A DNA stretch of 64,000 bases from Leptonemataceae bacterium (GCA_965227295.1 OZ245742.1:1088001-1152000), one strand, 5' to 3'. Counted from the first letter of the stretch, positions 16,974 through 27,980 are shown. Notes: generated from the sequence alone by a model not told the origin. Translations and numbers: made by a program.

Positions 16974-17046
16974 TGCCCAGGGGCGGAATCGAACCACCGA
17001 CACGGGGATTTTCAGTCCCCTGCTCTACCGACTGAGCTACCTGGGC
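16974..17046 (-). tRNA. tRNA-Phe(GAA); CCA not encoded
   Basis: Reverse complement reads GCCCAGGTAGCTCAGTCGGTAGAGCAGGGGACTGAAAATCCCCGTGTCGGTGGTTCGATTCCGCCCCTGGGCA. Confidence 0.97.
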
Positions 17047-17080
17047 GCGAAAGGACAGGCTTCGGAGCAAGCACGGCCTG

Positions 17081-17743
17081 TCAACTCAAACCCGTGATTT
17101 TTGGCGGCGCAGTCAATTCCAGGGACTCGGCGAACTCCCTGAACCACTGCTGCAAGAACATCTCCCGCCTTGCCGGCTCTCCCCCTCGTTCCGCAACGGA
17201 CGTTACCCGCAGCCCCGGCTCTCCGCAGGGATGAATCCACCGGAACGTGGCAAGATCATTGGAGACGTTCAGCGCAATACCGTACGACGTAAAAAACGCT
17301 TTGAACATGATGCCGATGGACAGGAGCTTCGCCCCGTCATCGGTATAGAGGCCCGGCGCTTCCTCGCGCACATGCACGGGAATGTCCCAGACCACTTCAA
17401 TGGCGCGGCGGGCACTTTCCAGAAGCCCGTGAAAGAAGGGCTGGATCTTAAGTTCCCTTTTTCTTAAGTCTATGTGAGGATAGATTACGCACTGGCCGCG
17501 CTCGTGAGCCGTAAAGTCCCCGCCCCGGCGAATGCGCACGAGGCTCACACCCCGACGGCTCAGCCCGGTCTCGTTTGCGAGCAGGTTTTCCGGCCGGGCC
17601 TGCACACCGGCCGTGATCGTCGCCTCGTGCTCGCAGATGATGATCGCTTCGCGGCGGTGTTCCCGCAACCTTTCCTGTAGATGCACGTAGCGATCGTAGG
17701 ACAGGCTCTGCGCCGGCCGGTAAATGCGAGGGAATGCGTTCAT
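17081..17743 (-). CDS. lipB: Lipoyl(octanoyl) transferase
   Basis: CEH, RGGDFTAH..GQ, KLLSIGI, GIALNV, IHPCG. Confidence 0.9.
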   Translation of the reverse strand: MNAFPRIYRPAQSLSYDRYVHLQERLREHRREAIIICEHEATITAGVQARPENLLANETGLSRRGVSLVRIRRGGDFTAHERGQCVIYPHIDLRKRELKIQPFFHGLLESARRAIEVVWDIPVHVREEAPGLYTDDGAKLLSIGIMFKAFFTSYGIALNVSNDLATFRWIHPCGEPGLRVTSVAERGGEPARREMFLQQWFREFAESLELTAPPKITGLS

Positions 17744-18852
17744 GACAGCGTGCAGCGTTTTACAACGATCGTGGCAAACGAACCGCGGGGCAACGTAAAT
17801 TCCAGGCGTACCTGTACGCGCCGGGCGAACTTCGGATCATCTTCGATGCCGGGCTCGCCGAAGTCTCGCGGTTCAAGCAACACATCGCGCTCAATAGATT
17901 CTATAAACCCATTCGCTGCGGCTTTCAACTCCATTTTGGGAATCAGCGGTCGCCTGCGCCGCAGTTCTGCCAGGCCGTTTTCGTCCAGGCTGCGATAAAA
18001 TATATACGACTCCACCGCTCCGTCATGTTCCCGTAGATTTCCGGCTGCACTCACCTCGCGGATCACAGCCGCGGCCTCGCGATTCCACAGATGCGACGGA
18101 TACGCGGAGAGGATGATGCTCAACTCGTCCCGCGGAATCAGCGCGGCGGCCGCCGCGAAGTCCGCCGGATGTTTCTCCAGCGCTCCAAAGACCGCGCGTT
18201 CCCCCGGGCTCACCGCCGCGTCCAGACAGGCCGACCAATCACCCCAATGCTCGCGAAAAAAGAGCCGGCGTTCGCGCACGTCGCGCCGTTCTCCGCCGCG
18301 GATCGCCGTCGTGTATGTTTGCAATCCGCGCTCGAAGTCGCCGGACAGGAAGTCCTGCGCAATGAAACCCCGCTCCGGATGGTACGAGCCGAAACGCTGA
18401 TCGTCGAAGTAATTCGGTACGCCCCAACGCCGTAGCTCCGCCACGTTTGTTTCAATTTCACCGACACGCTTCTTCGACACCGAGCGCAGGGTAATCCCGA
18501 AGCGATTGCCGGCGATGTAGCGCGGCCCCATGAACGTATCGGAGAACCCCAGCGCTTCGAGGGAATAGGCCGGGTCGGTGAAACTGAGGTCACGTTTATC
18601 TTCGATGGTAATGATCTGCGTGGTCAGCGCGTGGCGATCCTTACGGCCGCCGTAGTGCAGGCGACTCCGTGGAATACCGGCCCGCTTCGCAATGCGGTGC
18701 AGCACATCCGTAGTATTCCAGCCGCGTTTGCGCAGACAGTAGACCCGGTAGCGCCCGGATTTCGGATCTACAGGCAACGTCTGCAACTCATCCACCCGAA
18801 AGTCCTCGGGTAGCACACGCAGTTTGTAGGAGATCGGCGCCGGCTGTTGCAT
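17740..18852 (-). CDS. truD: tRNA pseudouridine(13) synthase
   Basis: PEDFRVDE, GRKDRHALTTQ, PNYFDDQRFG, FTLPRGSFAT. Confidence 0.93.
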   Translation of the reverse strand: MQQPAPISYKLRVLPEDFRVDELQTLPVDPKSGRYRVYCLRKRGWNTTDVLHRIAKRAGIPRSRLHYGGRKDRHALTTQIITIEDKRDLSFTDPAYSLEALGFSDTFMGPRYIAGNRFGITLRSVSKKRVGEIETNVAELRRWGVPNYFDDQRFGSYHPERGFIAQDFLSGDFERGLQTYTTAIRGGERRDVRERRLFFREHWGDWSACLDAAVSPGERAVFGALEKHPADFAAAAALIPRDELSIILSAYPSHLWNREAAAVIREVSAAGNLREHDGAVESYIFYRSLDENGLAELRRRRPLIPKMELKAAANGFIESIERDVLLEPRDFGEPGIEDDPKFARRVQVRLEFTLPRGSFATIVVKRCTLS

Positions 18853-18877
18853 CTTGCTACTGAAACTTTAGTATAAC

Positions 18878-19246
18878 TTACGGCGCGTAAAGGACCGACA
18901 TGGCGCACTGCGCCTGGCGCGCGCAATCGGACGCCGCGCCTGCCGCAAAACATCCCTGGATGCGCACGTAGGTTTCCGGTTTCGCACAGCCGACGAGACA
19001 GGCCTGACGAAGCCGCGGCAAACGCGCACGATTCTCCGGGGTATCGCCGAAGAATTCCAGGCCGCACACGGTCAATCGTTCACAGACTACGGCGCAGTCT
19101 TCGGCCACCTGCTCCGCATCCACCTCGGCGAGCGGCGGCGCCTGGCAGGCGTACTTCGCCACGACGATCATACTGACCGCCGTGCAGAATAGCATGAACG
19201 GCAGCCAGCGCAAAGCGCGAATCCGACCACGACGATTAGCGCTCAT
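18878..19246 (-). CDS. Membrane-anchored Cys-rich protein (resembles Leptospira 8-Cys family)
   Basis: TM segment then CxxxC-x5-C...CxxxC...C...C...C. Confidence 0.65.
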   Translation of the reverse strand: MSANRRGRIRALRWLPFMLFCTAVSMIVVAKYACQAPPLAEVDAEQVAEDCAVVCERLTVCGLEFFGDTPENRARLPRLRQACLVGCAKPETYVRIQGCFAAGAASDCARQAQCAMSVLYAP

Positions 19247-20888
19247 GACGCTCCACGTCCCAGTATCGAATCGGCCGCTGGAGCGTTTGCGGATCCGCGA
19301 TTCCCGCCCACACGTCTTCGAACGTAAGGTCGTCGCGCCAGACCGGCCAGGTCCGGATTTCCCGATACGGCGCGGGCGGCTCGGTCTCTTGTGATTCGTA
19401 CACGATGATGCCGGGCAGACCCAGGCCGGCATTCCGGCATCCCTCCGGCATCATCGCATGAACAATGGCGCGCTCCGGCAAAAGATTGCGATATGCCAGA
19501 GCATCCCAGGTATCCGGACTTACCACGCAGAGTTCCCGGGCGAGATCGTTTTCGCGGATTGAATCGGGCAAGATCGTCCGGTGAAAGTGAGGAACCAGAC
19601 CAAGCTGCAATGCGACGGAACACGCCAGACCCGCCGCGACCGCCGCCGGATAGCTCCACCGGGGACGACGGATCATGACGACCAGGAGCGCGATGACCGC
19701 AAGCAGCGCTCCCGGAAGCCAGAGCATATGTTCGCTCCCACCGAGGCCCGCGCTCAGCACACCGGCGACGAACAGCAATACAACGAGAACGATCGTATTC
19801 GCTCGCAGCACGCGTCGCATCTCACGCAGGTCGATCACGAGCGCGATACCCGCGATGAAACCGGGCAGGGCCGGCAACATATAGTACATTGCCTTCCGGT
19901 TCGGCACAAGATGAAAGAGCGTCCACACCACGGCTGTCCAGATTAACACCTGACCGGCGAAGGCCCGCGGCGAGCGAACCCGGTCGCGCAGGGCTGCGAT
20001 GACGCCGACGAACAACACAATCGTGAACGGCAGCGTATGCAACAGCCAGCCCGACAACAGGCGCAGTTCCGACTGATTCGACTCCCGGAACTTCGAGACG
20101 TTTTCGAAGATCATGAAGTACTCGAGCAACTGCATACCGGCATCAGCTCGCGAATACGTGAAATAGGCCCACACGATGGGGATCAGTAACGGCACGTGAA
20201 AGATCACGGCGGCGCGCAATACGTGCACGATCCGCGCGCGGCCGGCCCGGCGCACGCCTTTCGAATCGTTGCGAAAACGAAAGAGGATCATGCTCGCCCA
20301 GGTCGCGAGCATCAAAACGCCGTAGACCTGGAAGAGCGGACCCTTAAACAAATACGCAACGGCCGCGCACGTGCCGGAAACCAGGAGCGCAATCCGGTTC
20401 TCGCGACGGAGATACATCGCAAACGCCCACAGCATACCGACACTCGCGAGCGCGAGGCCCTGCTCCATCATGAGCAACCGACCGAACTTAAAGACGCCGA
20501 GCGTGCCCGCGTACAGCAGCGCCGTCCAGAAAGCGAACGACCGGTTGCGATCGAACGTTCGCAGTACGCCGAAAACGCACAGCACCGTGAGCAGGGCAAA
20601 CACCACCGAAGGCAGGCGCGCCGACCACAGCGATGCTCCGAACAAATGCTCACTCGCGATCCCGGCCCAGAACAACAACGGCGGTTTATGGTAGTTCGGC
20701 GCGCCGTTGATGATCGGCAAGAACCACTGACCGTTCGCAACGCTCTCGCGCACGGTAGCAATGTGCATGAGCTCATCGCCCTGAGCGAGGACGGCGGTGG
20801 AACCGCTTCCGGGCCACACCAGAACCAACGTAAAGAGAGCAAGCAGCGCAGCCGCGACGGCGTCCCGCTGAACTTCCACGCGCTTCAT
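19236..20888 (-). CDS. ArnT/PMT-like (GT-C) membrane glycosyltransferase
   Basis: GDE, HKPPLLFW, ARLPS, FKGP; many TM segments. Confidence 0.88.
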   Translation of the reverse strand: MKRVEVQRDAVAAALLALFTLVLVWPGSGSTAVLAQGDELMHIATVRESVANGQWFLPIINGAPNYHKPPLLFWAGIASEHLFGASLWSARLPSVVFALLTVLCVFGVLRTFDRNRSFAFWTALLYAGTLGVFKFGRLLMMEQGLALASVGMLWAFAMYLRRENRIALLVSGTCAAVAYLFKGPLFQVYGVLMLATWASMILFRFRNDSKGVRRAGRARIVHVLRAAVIFHVPLLIPIVWAYFTYSRADAGMQLLEYFMIFENVSKFRESNQSELRLLSGWLLHTLPFTIVLFVGVIAALRDRVRSPRAFAGQVLIWTAVVWTLFHLVPNRKAMYYMLPALPGFIAGIALVIDLREMRRVLRANTIVLVVLLFVAGVLSAGLGGSEHMLWLPGALLAVIALLVVMIRRPRWSYPAAVAAGLACSVALQLGLVPHFHRTILPDSIRENDLARELCVVSPDTWDALAYRNLLPERAIVHAMMPEGCRNAGLGLPGIIVYESQETEPPAPYREIRTWPVWRDDLTFEDVWAGIADPQTLQRPIRYWDVERHER

Positions 20889-20889
20889 A

Positions 20890-23151
20890 TTAGTGGCTGA
20901 GACTCTCCAGAATTTCCAGGCTGAGTTTTTTGGCTTCCACCTCATCGTCCGGGGCGCCGGTACACGAGGGACAACCGCTTTCGCACGGACAATCTTCGAT
21001 GCGAATCTTTGCAGCGGCGGCAATCACCGGCAGATTTTCTAGAATGCGGTAGCACAACTCGAGGCCGCCCGGGAACTGATCGTAAAAATAAATCGCCGGC
21101 AAGCCGAACGTGGCGGCCTTGACCTCGGCCTTCACACGAATGTCCCGCGGATCACACAGTACGTACAGCGGCGCCACATTGCCGAGCACATGCGCCGTGC
21201 CCGCCAGCACGCCGCCGAGATCGCGCTCGGCTACTTTTTGACGCAGGGGATGATCCTCGGGAATCAGGATCCAGCCGCCCTGGGTATGCATTTCGATTTC
21301 CGGCGTATGGATGTCGCCCCAGCCGAGATTTTCGTGGGTCTCTAACTTGATCTTCTTGAACATTACGGCTTTGATCCGTAGCATCAGCTCGCCGCGATGC
21401 ATTTCGTAGCCGTTGCGCACGCGTTCTTCTTCGTCTTCCAGGACGTATAAATCAACCTTGTCCTGGGCGTCGGTGTAGTAGTCGACGTTGATCCGGCGCA
21501 CCCGGGCCTGGCGGTCCTCCCAGATCAGCTCTTCCACGTAGTACTGCTTGCCCTGATGAATGTAGATCGCGTGGGGATGAATGTACAGCGGCGCGGAAAA
21601 CAGATCGATCTCGCCGATGACTTCCTCACGGTTTTTTTCCGTGCAGTCGATGATGGCGAAGTTTTCCCGCGGGCCGGAGCGCAGGGAGATCGTATTTGCC
21701 GGGTAGACGTCCTCCATCCAGTGGTACTTGCCGCCGCTGTGATTCAACACACGCTTCTCGCCCAGATACTCCAGGATGTCGCCGGTGTTCGGGAAGTTGC
21801 CGAAGTCGTCGGCGTCTTTGAAGGGCAGTTCGAAGGCCGAACACTTCAGGTGATCGGTGACGATCAAAAGATTGTCCGGATTCGACATGGCCTGCTCCGG
21901 ATTGTTTTCGAGAAAGTACTCCGGATGCTGGGCGAGGTACTGGTCCGTCCCCGCGCTGGTGGCCACGAGTACGGAGAGGGAGTCCTGCTGACGCCGACCC
22001 GCGCGGCCGAACTGCTGCAACATGGAACTGACACTGCCCGGATACCCCACGCTGATGGAGACGTCCAGCATGCCGATGTCCACGCCGAGCTCGAGGGCGT
22101 TCGTCGAAACCACGCCGATGACGTCGCCGTTGCGCAGCTCCTTTTCGATGCGCCGCCGCTCGTTGGGCAGGTAGCCGCCGCGGTACGAACGAATCTTGTG
22201 CTGCAATTCCGGGCAGCGCTCTTTTAAGTACGTAAACAATAACTCCACGTATACACGACTGCGACAGAACATGATCGTGCTGATGCGATTCTTCAGCAGA
22301 TAGGCGCCCAGGTTCGCCGTCTCTTTGATGGCCGAGGCGCGGATGCCGAGTTGCTGATTCACCACGGGCGGGTTGTAGAACACGATCTGCTTTTCACCGC
22401 GGGGCGCGCCGTTTTCATTGACCAGCGTAAACTCACGCCCGGTAATTGTTTCGGCGTGTTCTTTAGGGTTCGCAATGGTCGCCGACGACGCGAGAAAGCG
22501 CGGCTTCGATCCGTAAAACTCGCAGATGCGCTGGAGCCGCCGGAGCAGGTTCGCCACGTGGCTGCCGAAAACGCCGCGGTAGGTATGCAGCTCGTCCATG
22601 ACGACGAACTCCAGGTTTTCGAAGAGTTTGATCCACTGCGTATGATGCGGCAGAATTCCGGCGTGCAGCATGTCCGGATTCGTGACCACGAAGTCGCCGG
22701 CCTCGGTGATCTTGCGCCTGGCCGCTACCGGCGTGTCGCCGTCGAACGTAAAAATCTTGAAGTCGGTGCCGCAAGCATCGTTGAAAGCGTTCAGCGCCGA
22801 TTGTTGGTCCTGGCTCAGCGCCTTCGTGGGAAACAACAACAGCGCGCGGGCGTGGGGGTTCTCAATCTTGCGCTGAAAGATGGGCAGCATGTACGTGAGC
22901 GACTTGCCCGAGGCGGTGGGCGTGACCACGACCACGTTTTCGCCGCGCAAAGCCGATTGCACGGCCGTGCTCTGGTGCGTATATAGATCGCGGACACCAC
23001 GATCTTTCAAGGCCGCCGTGAGTCGCGCGTCCAACTCCGCCGGCGCCGGGGCATACTCCGCTTCTTTCGCGGCGACAGTATGGTAGCCCGTAATACAATC
23101 GCCGAAGTGCGGGTCCTGCCGGAGAAAATCGAGGAACTGCTGGAGGTTCAT
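20890..23151 (-). CDS. DEAD/DEAH helicase with DUF1998 domain (MrfA/YprA/Hrq1-like)
   Basis: TPTASGKS, DELH, SATIANP, TNALELGVDIG, QQFGRAGRR, C-terminal CPCESGCPSC. Confidence 0.93.
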   Translation of the reverse strand: MNLQQFLDFLRQDPHFGDCITGYHTVAAKEAEYAPAPAELDARLTAALKDRGVRDLYTHQSTAVQSALRGENVVVVTPTASGKSLTYMLPIFQRKIENPHARALLLFPTKALSQDQQSALNAFNDACGTDFKIFTFDGDTPVAARRKITEAGDFVVTNPDMLHAGILPHHTQWIKLFENLEFVVMDELHTYRGVFGSHVANLLRRLQRICEFYGSKPRFLASSATIANPKEHAETITGREFTLVNENGAPRGEKQIVFYNPPVVNQQLGIRASAIKETANLGAYLLKNRISTIMFCRSRVYVELLFTYLKERCPELQHKIRSYRGGYLPNERRRIEKELRNGDVIGVVSTNALELGVDIGMLDVSISVGYPGSVSSMLQQFGRAGRRQQDSLSVLVATSAGTDQYLAQHPEYFLENNPEQAMSNPDNLLIVTDHLKCSAFELPFKDADDFGNFPNTGDILEYLGEKRVLNHSGGKYHWMEDVYPANTISLRSGPRENFAIIDCTEKNREEVIGEIDLFSAPLYIHPHAIYIHQGKQYYVEELIWEDRQARVRRINVDYYTDAQDKVDLYVLEDEEERVRNGYEMHRGELMLRIKAVMFKKIKLETHENLGWGDIHTPEIEMHTQGGWILIPEDHPLRQKVAERDLGGVLAGTAHVLGNVAPLYVLCDPRDIRVKAEVKAATFGLPAIYFYDQFPGGLELCYRILENLPVIAAAAKIRIEDCPCESGCPSCTGAPDDEVEAKKLSLEILESLSH

Positions 23152-23282
23152 GGGGCGATGCTTATGTCCCGCCGCATGACATAGCCGTCAAGTGTTTAGG
23201 AAGATCTTCTGCGTTTCGATTTCGTACGTGGCCCGCGCAAAAAAGCTTGTCCATCCGAGATACACCGGGCAAAGCTCGTAAC

Positions 23283-26200
23283 GTGAAATCCCTGCGCCAC
23301 GCCCTGCTACTCCTGCTCATCCTGCCCGTGTACTTCTGGCCCTCGGAACCGCGGGGAAACACGAACCCCGCGTTCTACCTGGCCACCGATCGCTCCTTTA
23401 CCGACGGCGAAACCCCGTATGTGAATCTTGAGGCTTCGGGCTACGCCGACGTCGAATTCCGGCTCTATCGTGTGAACGATCCGCAGACGTTCTTCTTAAA
23501 GCACGTTCAGGCAAGATTAGTGAGGCCGGAAACGGGCGCGGCCTTCGCGAATCCTTTCGCTCTCGCGCGCGAGTCCTGGGCCTATTTCAAGAACGACATG
23601 CGCACGCTGGCCCGCGCGGAATTTCATCCGAAGACGCGCTCGTTGTTGCGACAGACCGCGGGCATCGACTACACGAACCCCGGTGTCGGCGGCGACCTGG
23701 CGAAACCGGCCCTGCTCAAGGAACACGAGTTCCTGCGTTCGTTTTCGGTGCCCACCATCGAGAGCCACTGGGCCTATCGACGCGTGCCGGTACCCGTCGG
23801 CGATAACGGCATCTACCTGGTAGAAGCCATCTACGGTAAGAATGTCGCCTACACCGTGCTCGTGAAATCCGGGCTTACGTTTCTTACAAAGCAGGGCGAT
23901 GAGGGGACCGTCGTCTTTGCCGCCCACTCGGCCACCGGCGATCCGGTGAGCGGAGCCGACGTGGACATGTTCGACGCGAACAGCGGCGCGCGCTTCGGCG
24001 GCGGGCGGACGGCGAGCGACGGCATCTTTCGTTTCAAAGGCAACACCCCGAACAAGAGTTTGATCTTACTCCGGAAAAGCGCGGAGGATGAAGCCGGCGG
24101 CACCGAGTACGCGCTCTCGGATCCGGACTTTTTCTCCAGTTCGTTCTACGGCCAGGGCGGTCCCCGGGTCTATCTCTATACCGACCGGCCTATCTACCGC
24201 CCCGGGGACGAGGTGTTCTTCAAAGCCATCGCCCGGGATTTCAGCGGCAACGATTACCGCCCCCTGGCCGGCGGCGCCACCTTCACCGTGCTTGACGAAA
24301 AAGGCGACGTCATCGTTAACAATCGACCGGCGAATCTTAGCGGAAACATGGGTACCGCGGACGGTACATTCACCCTGCCCGCCGGCGACAGCGTCAATCT
24401 GGGTACATACAACGTAATCCTGAACACACGCGGCAGTTCGTTCTCCTCCGAGTTCCGGGTGGACGCCTATCGCAAACCGAAATTCCGCGTGCGCGTCAAC
24501 ACCACCAAGCGTACGTACGGCAAAAGCGATAACGTTCCCGTGCGCATCTCCGCAGCGTACTACTACGGCAAAGCGCTGTCCGGGGTGAACGTAAACGTGC
24601 GGGTCTTTCGCACACCGAAGTTCGATTACTCCCCGGTGGGTCATTACAACTTCGAAGCGGCCTCCGCTTACCTGGACGCCACCGGCGGCTCCACGTCCCG
24701 GGAACTGGTCCTCGACGAAACGAAGACCCTCGGTTCCGACGGCGACGTCTCGCTCACGATCCGACCGGAAAAGATCGACCAGGACTACGATTACTCCATC
24801 CTCGCCAGCGTCACCGCCGAGGACTCCACGATCACCGGCACCGGACGTTTCTCGGTGAACCGCTCGCCGTTTTACATTAAGGTTCTCCGCGACAACCAGG
24901 TCTTCGGCCCCGGCGAAACGGCCGAGATGATCGTGCAGCTCGTCCCGTACGATTCTTCGCTGTCCGCCGAAGACGTTAAAAAACTCATCGGCGGGCGTTC
25001 GGTGGACGGCGTGTTGTACCAGCGCTCGTTCTACTGGATTTCGGAAGAACGCGAGCGCAAACAGGTGGCTTCCACCTCCGCGAAGACCGACGACTCCGGC
25101 CGCGCGAAGATCGCCTTTAAGGTTCCGGAAAGCGGACATTACGTGGCGTCCATCGAAGCGTCGGCCCCGGACGGCAGCGAGACCACCAACGATGTAACGC
25201 TCTGGGCGTCCGGTCGCCAGGATACCATCGAGATGCCGGTGAAGAATCTCACCCTCACCGCCGGCAAGGATCTCTACAAAGTCGGCGAAACCGCAGAAGT
25301 GCTGATCGTATCGCCAGTGGAAAACGGGCACGTCTTCGTGAGCCTGGAAGGATCGCAGCTGTATCACCAGGAAACGGTGAAGCTCAACGGGAACACGCAT
25401 CGCTATCGCGTGAAGATTACCGAGGGCATGTCGCCGAACTTTGTATTTTCCGCCGCGTTGTTCCACGGCGGCGACGCCTACAAGAACGAACTGAAAGTCG
25501 TGGCGCCGCCTCAGGATCGTTTTCTGAAAGTTACGGTAGAATCAGACAAACAGATCTACCGCCCCGGTGACCAGGTCGACCTCACGGTCAGAACTGTAGA
25601 CGCCAACGGCCGCGGCGTGCCCTCGGAGGTAAGCCTGGGCGTGGTGGACGCGGCGTTGTATCAGTTGCAGAGCGATCCGACGCCGGCCATGGCGAAGTTT
25701 TTTTATCATCCGCGACGGAATAACGTGCTTACGAATCTTTCCAGCGCGTTTCGTTTCTTCGGCTACTCCGAGGAGAAACGGCTGGAGCTGGCGCTGAACC
25801 GCAGGTCGGGAGCGTTCACGGCCATCAAGGACAGCGACGACGCGCGCAAAGATTTTAAGGACCAGACGTTCTGGAATGCAAAGGTCACCACGGCGGCGAA
25901 CGGCGAGGCGCGGGTCTCCTTCAAACTCGCGGACAACCTTACCGAATGGAAGGTCACGGCCCGGGCCGTTACGCGTGACACGCGGGTCGGTGAAAGTACG
26001 CATGCGTTCGTCGCGCGCAAAGACCTGCAAATCCAGGCCGGCATTCCGCCGTACCTGCTGCGCGACCGCGAGCAGACCATTGCGGCGAGCGTCAGCAATC
26101 TTACGAAAGAGAAGCAAGACATCACCGTCAGCGTAACCGCCGAAAACGGAAAGTTAACGGGGGACACCGAACGCCGGCTCAGCCTGGATCCCGGCGGCTC

Positions 26201-27980
26201 GGCGCCGGTGTACTTTAAGCTACAGACCGGCTCCGGAGACGCCATGCAGCTGCGCCTCAAAGCCGCGGCCGGCAGGCTGTACGACATCAGCGAACACAAC
26301 GTAAAACTGAAACCTTTCGGACTGCAACGCACGGTAGCGGGACACACCGTCCTCGAATCCGGCGACGACAGCGAAAGTACGGAAGTGAACCTCCCCGAAA
26401 AGAACGCGCGTCCCCGACTCTCGGTACGGCTCAATCCCGGCAGCGGCCTTGCAGTACGACAATCGCTCGTTTACCTCGCCGACTATCCGTACGGCTGCAT
26501 CGAACAAACGATGTCACGTTTTATGCCGGTGCTCGCCGCCAAACAGGCCGGCTACGTTACTCCGCGTTTGCAGCGTGAGTTGCCCGAGATGGTGCAATGG
26601 GGCATCGCCCGGCTGCGGCAGATGCAGAATACCGACGGCGGCTTCGGTTGGTACGGCGAAAACCAGGCGAGCGACGCGCTCATGTCCGCTTACGTCTTTC
26701 GCGGTCTCGCGATCAGCAAACGACTCGGCTACGACTTCGAGGACAAGATGCTCGATCGCGCGCGCTCGTTTTTGTATCAGCAACTTGCGCAACAATCATT
26801 CACACCGTTCGAACGCGCCTACATTCTCTTTTCCCTGAGCGAGGGCGGCAAGATCGAAGCCTCGATGATGGAAGCCGCTCTGAAAGAGATCGATGCAAGC
26901 GAGCAAACGCAGTACGGCCGCGCCCTTGTCGCGCTCACGCTCATCAACCAGAATCGCCCGACGGACGCACGCAAGCTCATCGACAAACTGCTCGACGACA
27001 CCGACGTCGCCGAAGAAAAAACCGGCCTGCTCTTTACACAGAGTGCGCACATCGGAAACTACGGCGCCTGGGAGGAAGATAACATCGAAATGACCGCGGC
27101 GATTTTGACGGCGGCGGTCCGCCTTAAGATGGACGGCGACATCCAGGAAAACCTGGCCGCAACGCTGCTGGTCAATCGGCGCGGCTACTACTACGGCTCG
27201 GCCTTCCGCAATCCCGACGGCAGTGCGAATGCTCACGTTGCCTGGAAAAACTCGCGCGACACCGCCTGGGCGGTCCTCGCGCTCACGGAAAAACTAAAAG
27301 CAACTCGCGAAACATTAGAAGATGCATCGCTCAACGTAACCGTGAACGGGCAAGCGGTGAAACGCTTTACGGTGAGCGCCGCTACCGTGGATGCCGGCGA
27401 AACGTTGATCGAGGTGCCCGCTCAGAATCTCAAAAGCGGCAACAATCAAATCAAAATCGAAAAAGAAGGCGGCCCCGCGGTCTACGCCTCGGCCATGCTC
27501 ACGTTCTATGACGGCAGCGACTCATTCAGTGCGCAGGAAGTCGGGCTTTCGATCTCACGTTCGTACGAAATCGTGAAGGTCAGCCGCTCGAACTCCGGCG
27601 AGCTCTCGATCCATACCAACAGCTCCAGGAGTTTCGAGCAGGGCGACCTTGTTATGGTCAGCCTCCGCGTCGCTTCGAAAAGCCCCGCCGACGACTACTA
27701 CCAGATCGAAGACGCCATCCCGCCGGGTTTTTCGGTGATGCAAAACGATGCCGAGTATTACTCCAGTGACCGCCTGCGAGAGTACGCGGCCCGCCAGATC
27801 TACGACGACCGCGCCGTCTTCTTCACGCGCGGCCCCGTGAAGAATTTCACCATCCGCTACTTTCTGCGCGCGAACCTGCCCGGCGAATACAGAGCGGTCC
27901 CGGCCAAGGCCCTGATCATGTACTATCCGGAGCTGCATGGACTCACCTCCGACGACACCCTGCGAGTCGCCGAACGATGA
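23283..27980 (+). CDS. Bacterial alpha-2-macroglobulin family protein with intact thioester motif
   Basis: YTDRPIYRPGD, DNLTEWKV, YPYGCIEQ, QNTDGGFGWY, C-terminal MYYP; signal peptide after GTG 23283. Confidence 0.93.
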   Translation: MKSLRHALLLLLILPVYFWPSEPRGNTNPAFYLATDRSFTDGETPYVNLEASGYADVEFRLYRVNDPQTFFLKHVQARLVRPETGAAFANPFALARESWAYFKNDMRTLARAEFHPKTRSLLRQTAGIDYTNPGVGGDLAKPALLKEHEFLRSFSVPTIESHWAYRRVPVPVGDNGIYLVEAIYGKNVAYTVLVKSGLTFLTKQGDEGTVVFAAHSATGDPVSGADVDMFDANSGARFGGGRTASDGIFRFKGNTPNKSLILLRKSAEDEAGGTEYALSDPDFFSSSFYGQGGPRVYLYTDRPIYRPGDEVFFKAIARDFSGNDYRPLAGGATFTVLDEKGDVIVNNRPANLSGNMGTADGTFTLPAGDSVNLGTYNVILNTRGSSFSSEFRVDAYRKPKFRVRVNTTKRTYGKSDNVPVRISAAYYYGKALSGVNVNVRVFRTPKFDYSPVGHYNFEAASAYLDATGGSTSRELVLDETKTLGSDGDVSLTIRPEKIDQDYDYSILASVTAEDSTITGTGRFSVNRSPFYIKVLRDNQVFGPGETAEMIVQLVPYDSSLSAEDVKKLIGGRSVDGVLYQRSFYWISEERERKQVASTSAKTDDSGRAKIAFKVPESGHYVASIEASAPDGSETTNDVTLWASGRQDTIEMPVKNLTLTAGKDLYKVGETAEVLIVSPVENGHVFVSLEGSQLYHQETVKLNGNTHRYRVKITEGMSPNFVFSAALFHGGDAYKNELKVVAPPQDRFLKVTVESDKQIYRPGDQVDLTVRTVDANGRGVPSEVSLGVVDAALYQLQSDPTPAMAKFFYHPRRNNVLTNLSSAFRFFGYSEEKRLELALNRRSGAFTAIKDSDDARKDFKDQTFWNAKVTTAANGEARVSFKLADNLTEWKVTARAVTRDTRVGESTHAFVARKDLQIQAGIPPYLLRDREQTIAASVSNLTKEKQDITVSVTAENGKLTGDTERRLSLDPGGSAPVYFKLQTGSGDAMQLRLKAAAGRLYDISEHNVKLKPFGLQRTVAGHTVLESGDDSESTEVNLPEKNARPRLSVRLNPGSGLAVRQSLVYLADYPYGCIEQTMSRFMPVLAAKQAGYVTPRLQRELPEMVQWGIARLRQMQNTDGGFGWYGENQASDALMSAYVFRGLAISKRLGYDFEDKMLDRARSFLYQQLAQQSFTPFERAYILFSLSEGGKIEASMMEAALKEIDASEQTQYGRALVALTLINQNRPTDARKLIDKLLDDTDVAEEKTGLLFTQSAHIGNYGAWEEDNIEMTAAILTAAVRLKMDGDIQENLAATLLVNRRGYYYGSAFRNPDGSANAHVAWKNSRDTAWAVLALTEKLKATRETLEDASLNVTVNGQAVKRFTVSAATVDAGETLIEVPAQNLKSGNNQIKIEKEGGPAVYASAMLTFYDGSDSFSAQEVGLSISRSYEIVKVSRSNSGELSIHTNSSRSFEQGDLVMVSLRVASKSPADDYYQIEDAIPPGFSVMQNDAEYYSSDRLREYAARQIYDDRAVFFTRGPVKNFTIRYFLRANLPGEYRAVPAKALIMYYPELHGLTSDDTLRVAER

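Noticed and set aside
6942..17046. Integrative element bounded by the two tRNAs
   Set aside because: No integrase and no duplicated tRNA 3' end seen; contents look chromosomal.
20890..23151. DUF1998 helicase as a DISARM/Druantia defence system
   Set aside because: Architecture is MrfA/YprA-like and no methylase or other defence genes are adjacent.
24066..25466. 466-aa minus-strand ORF within the A2M gene
   Set aside because: Antisense shadow with no recognisable domain.
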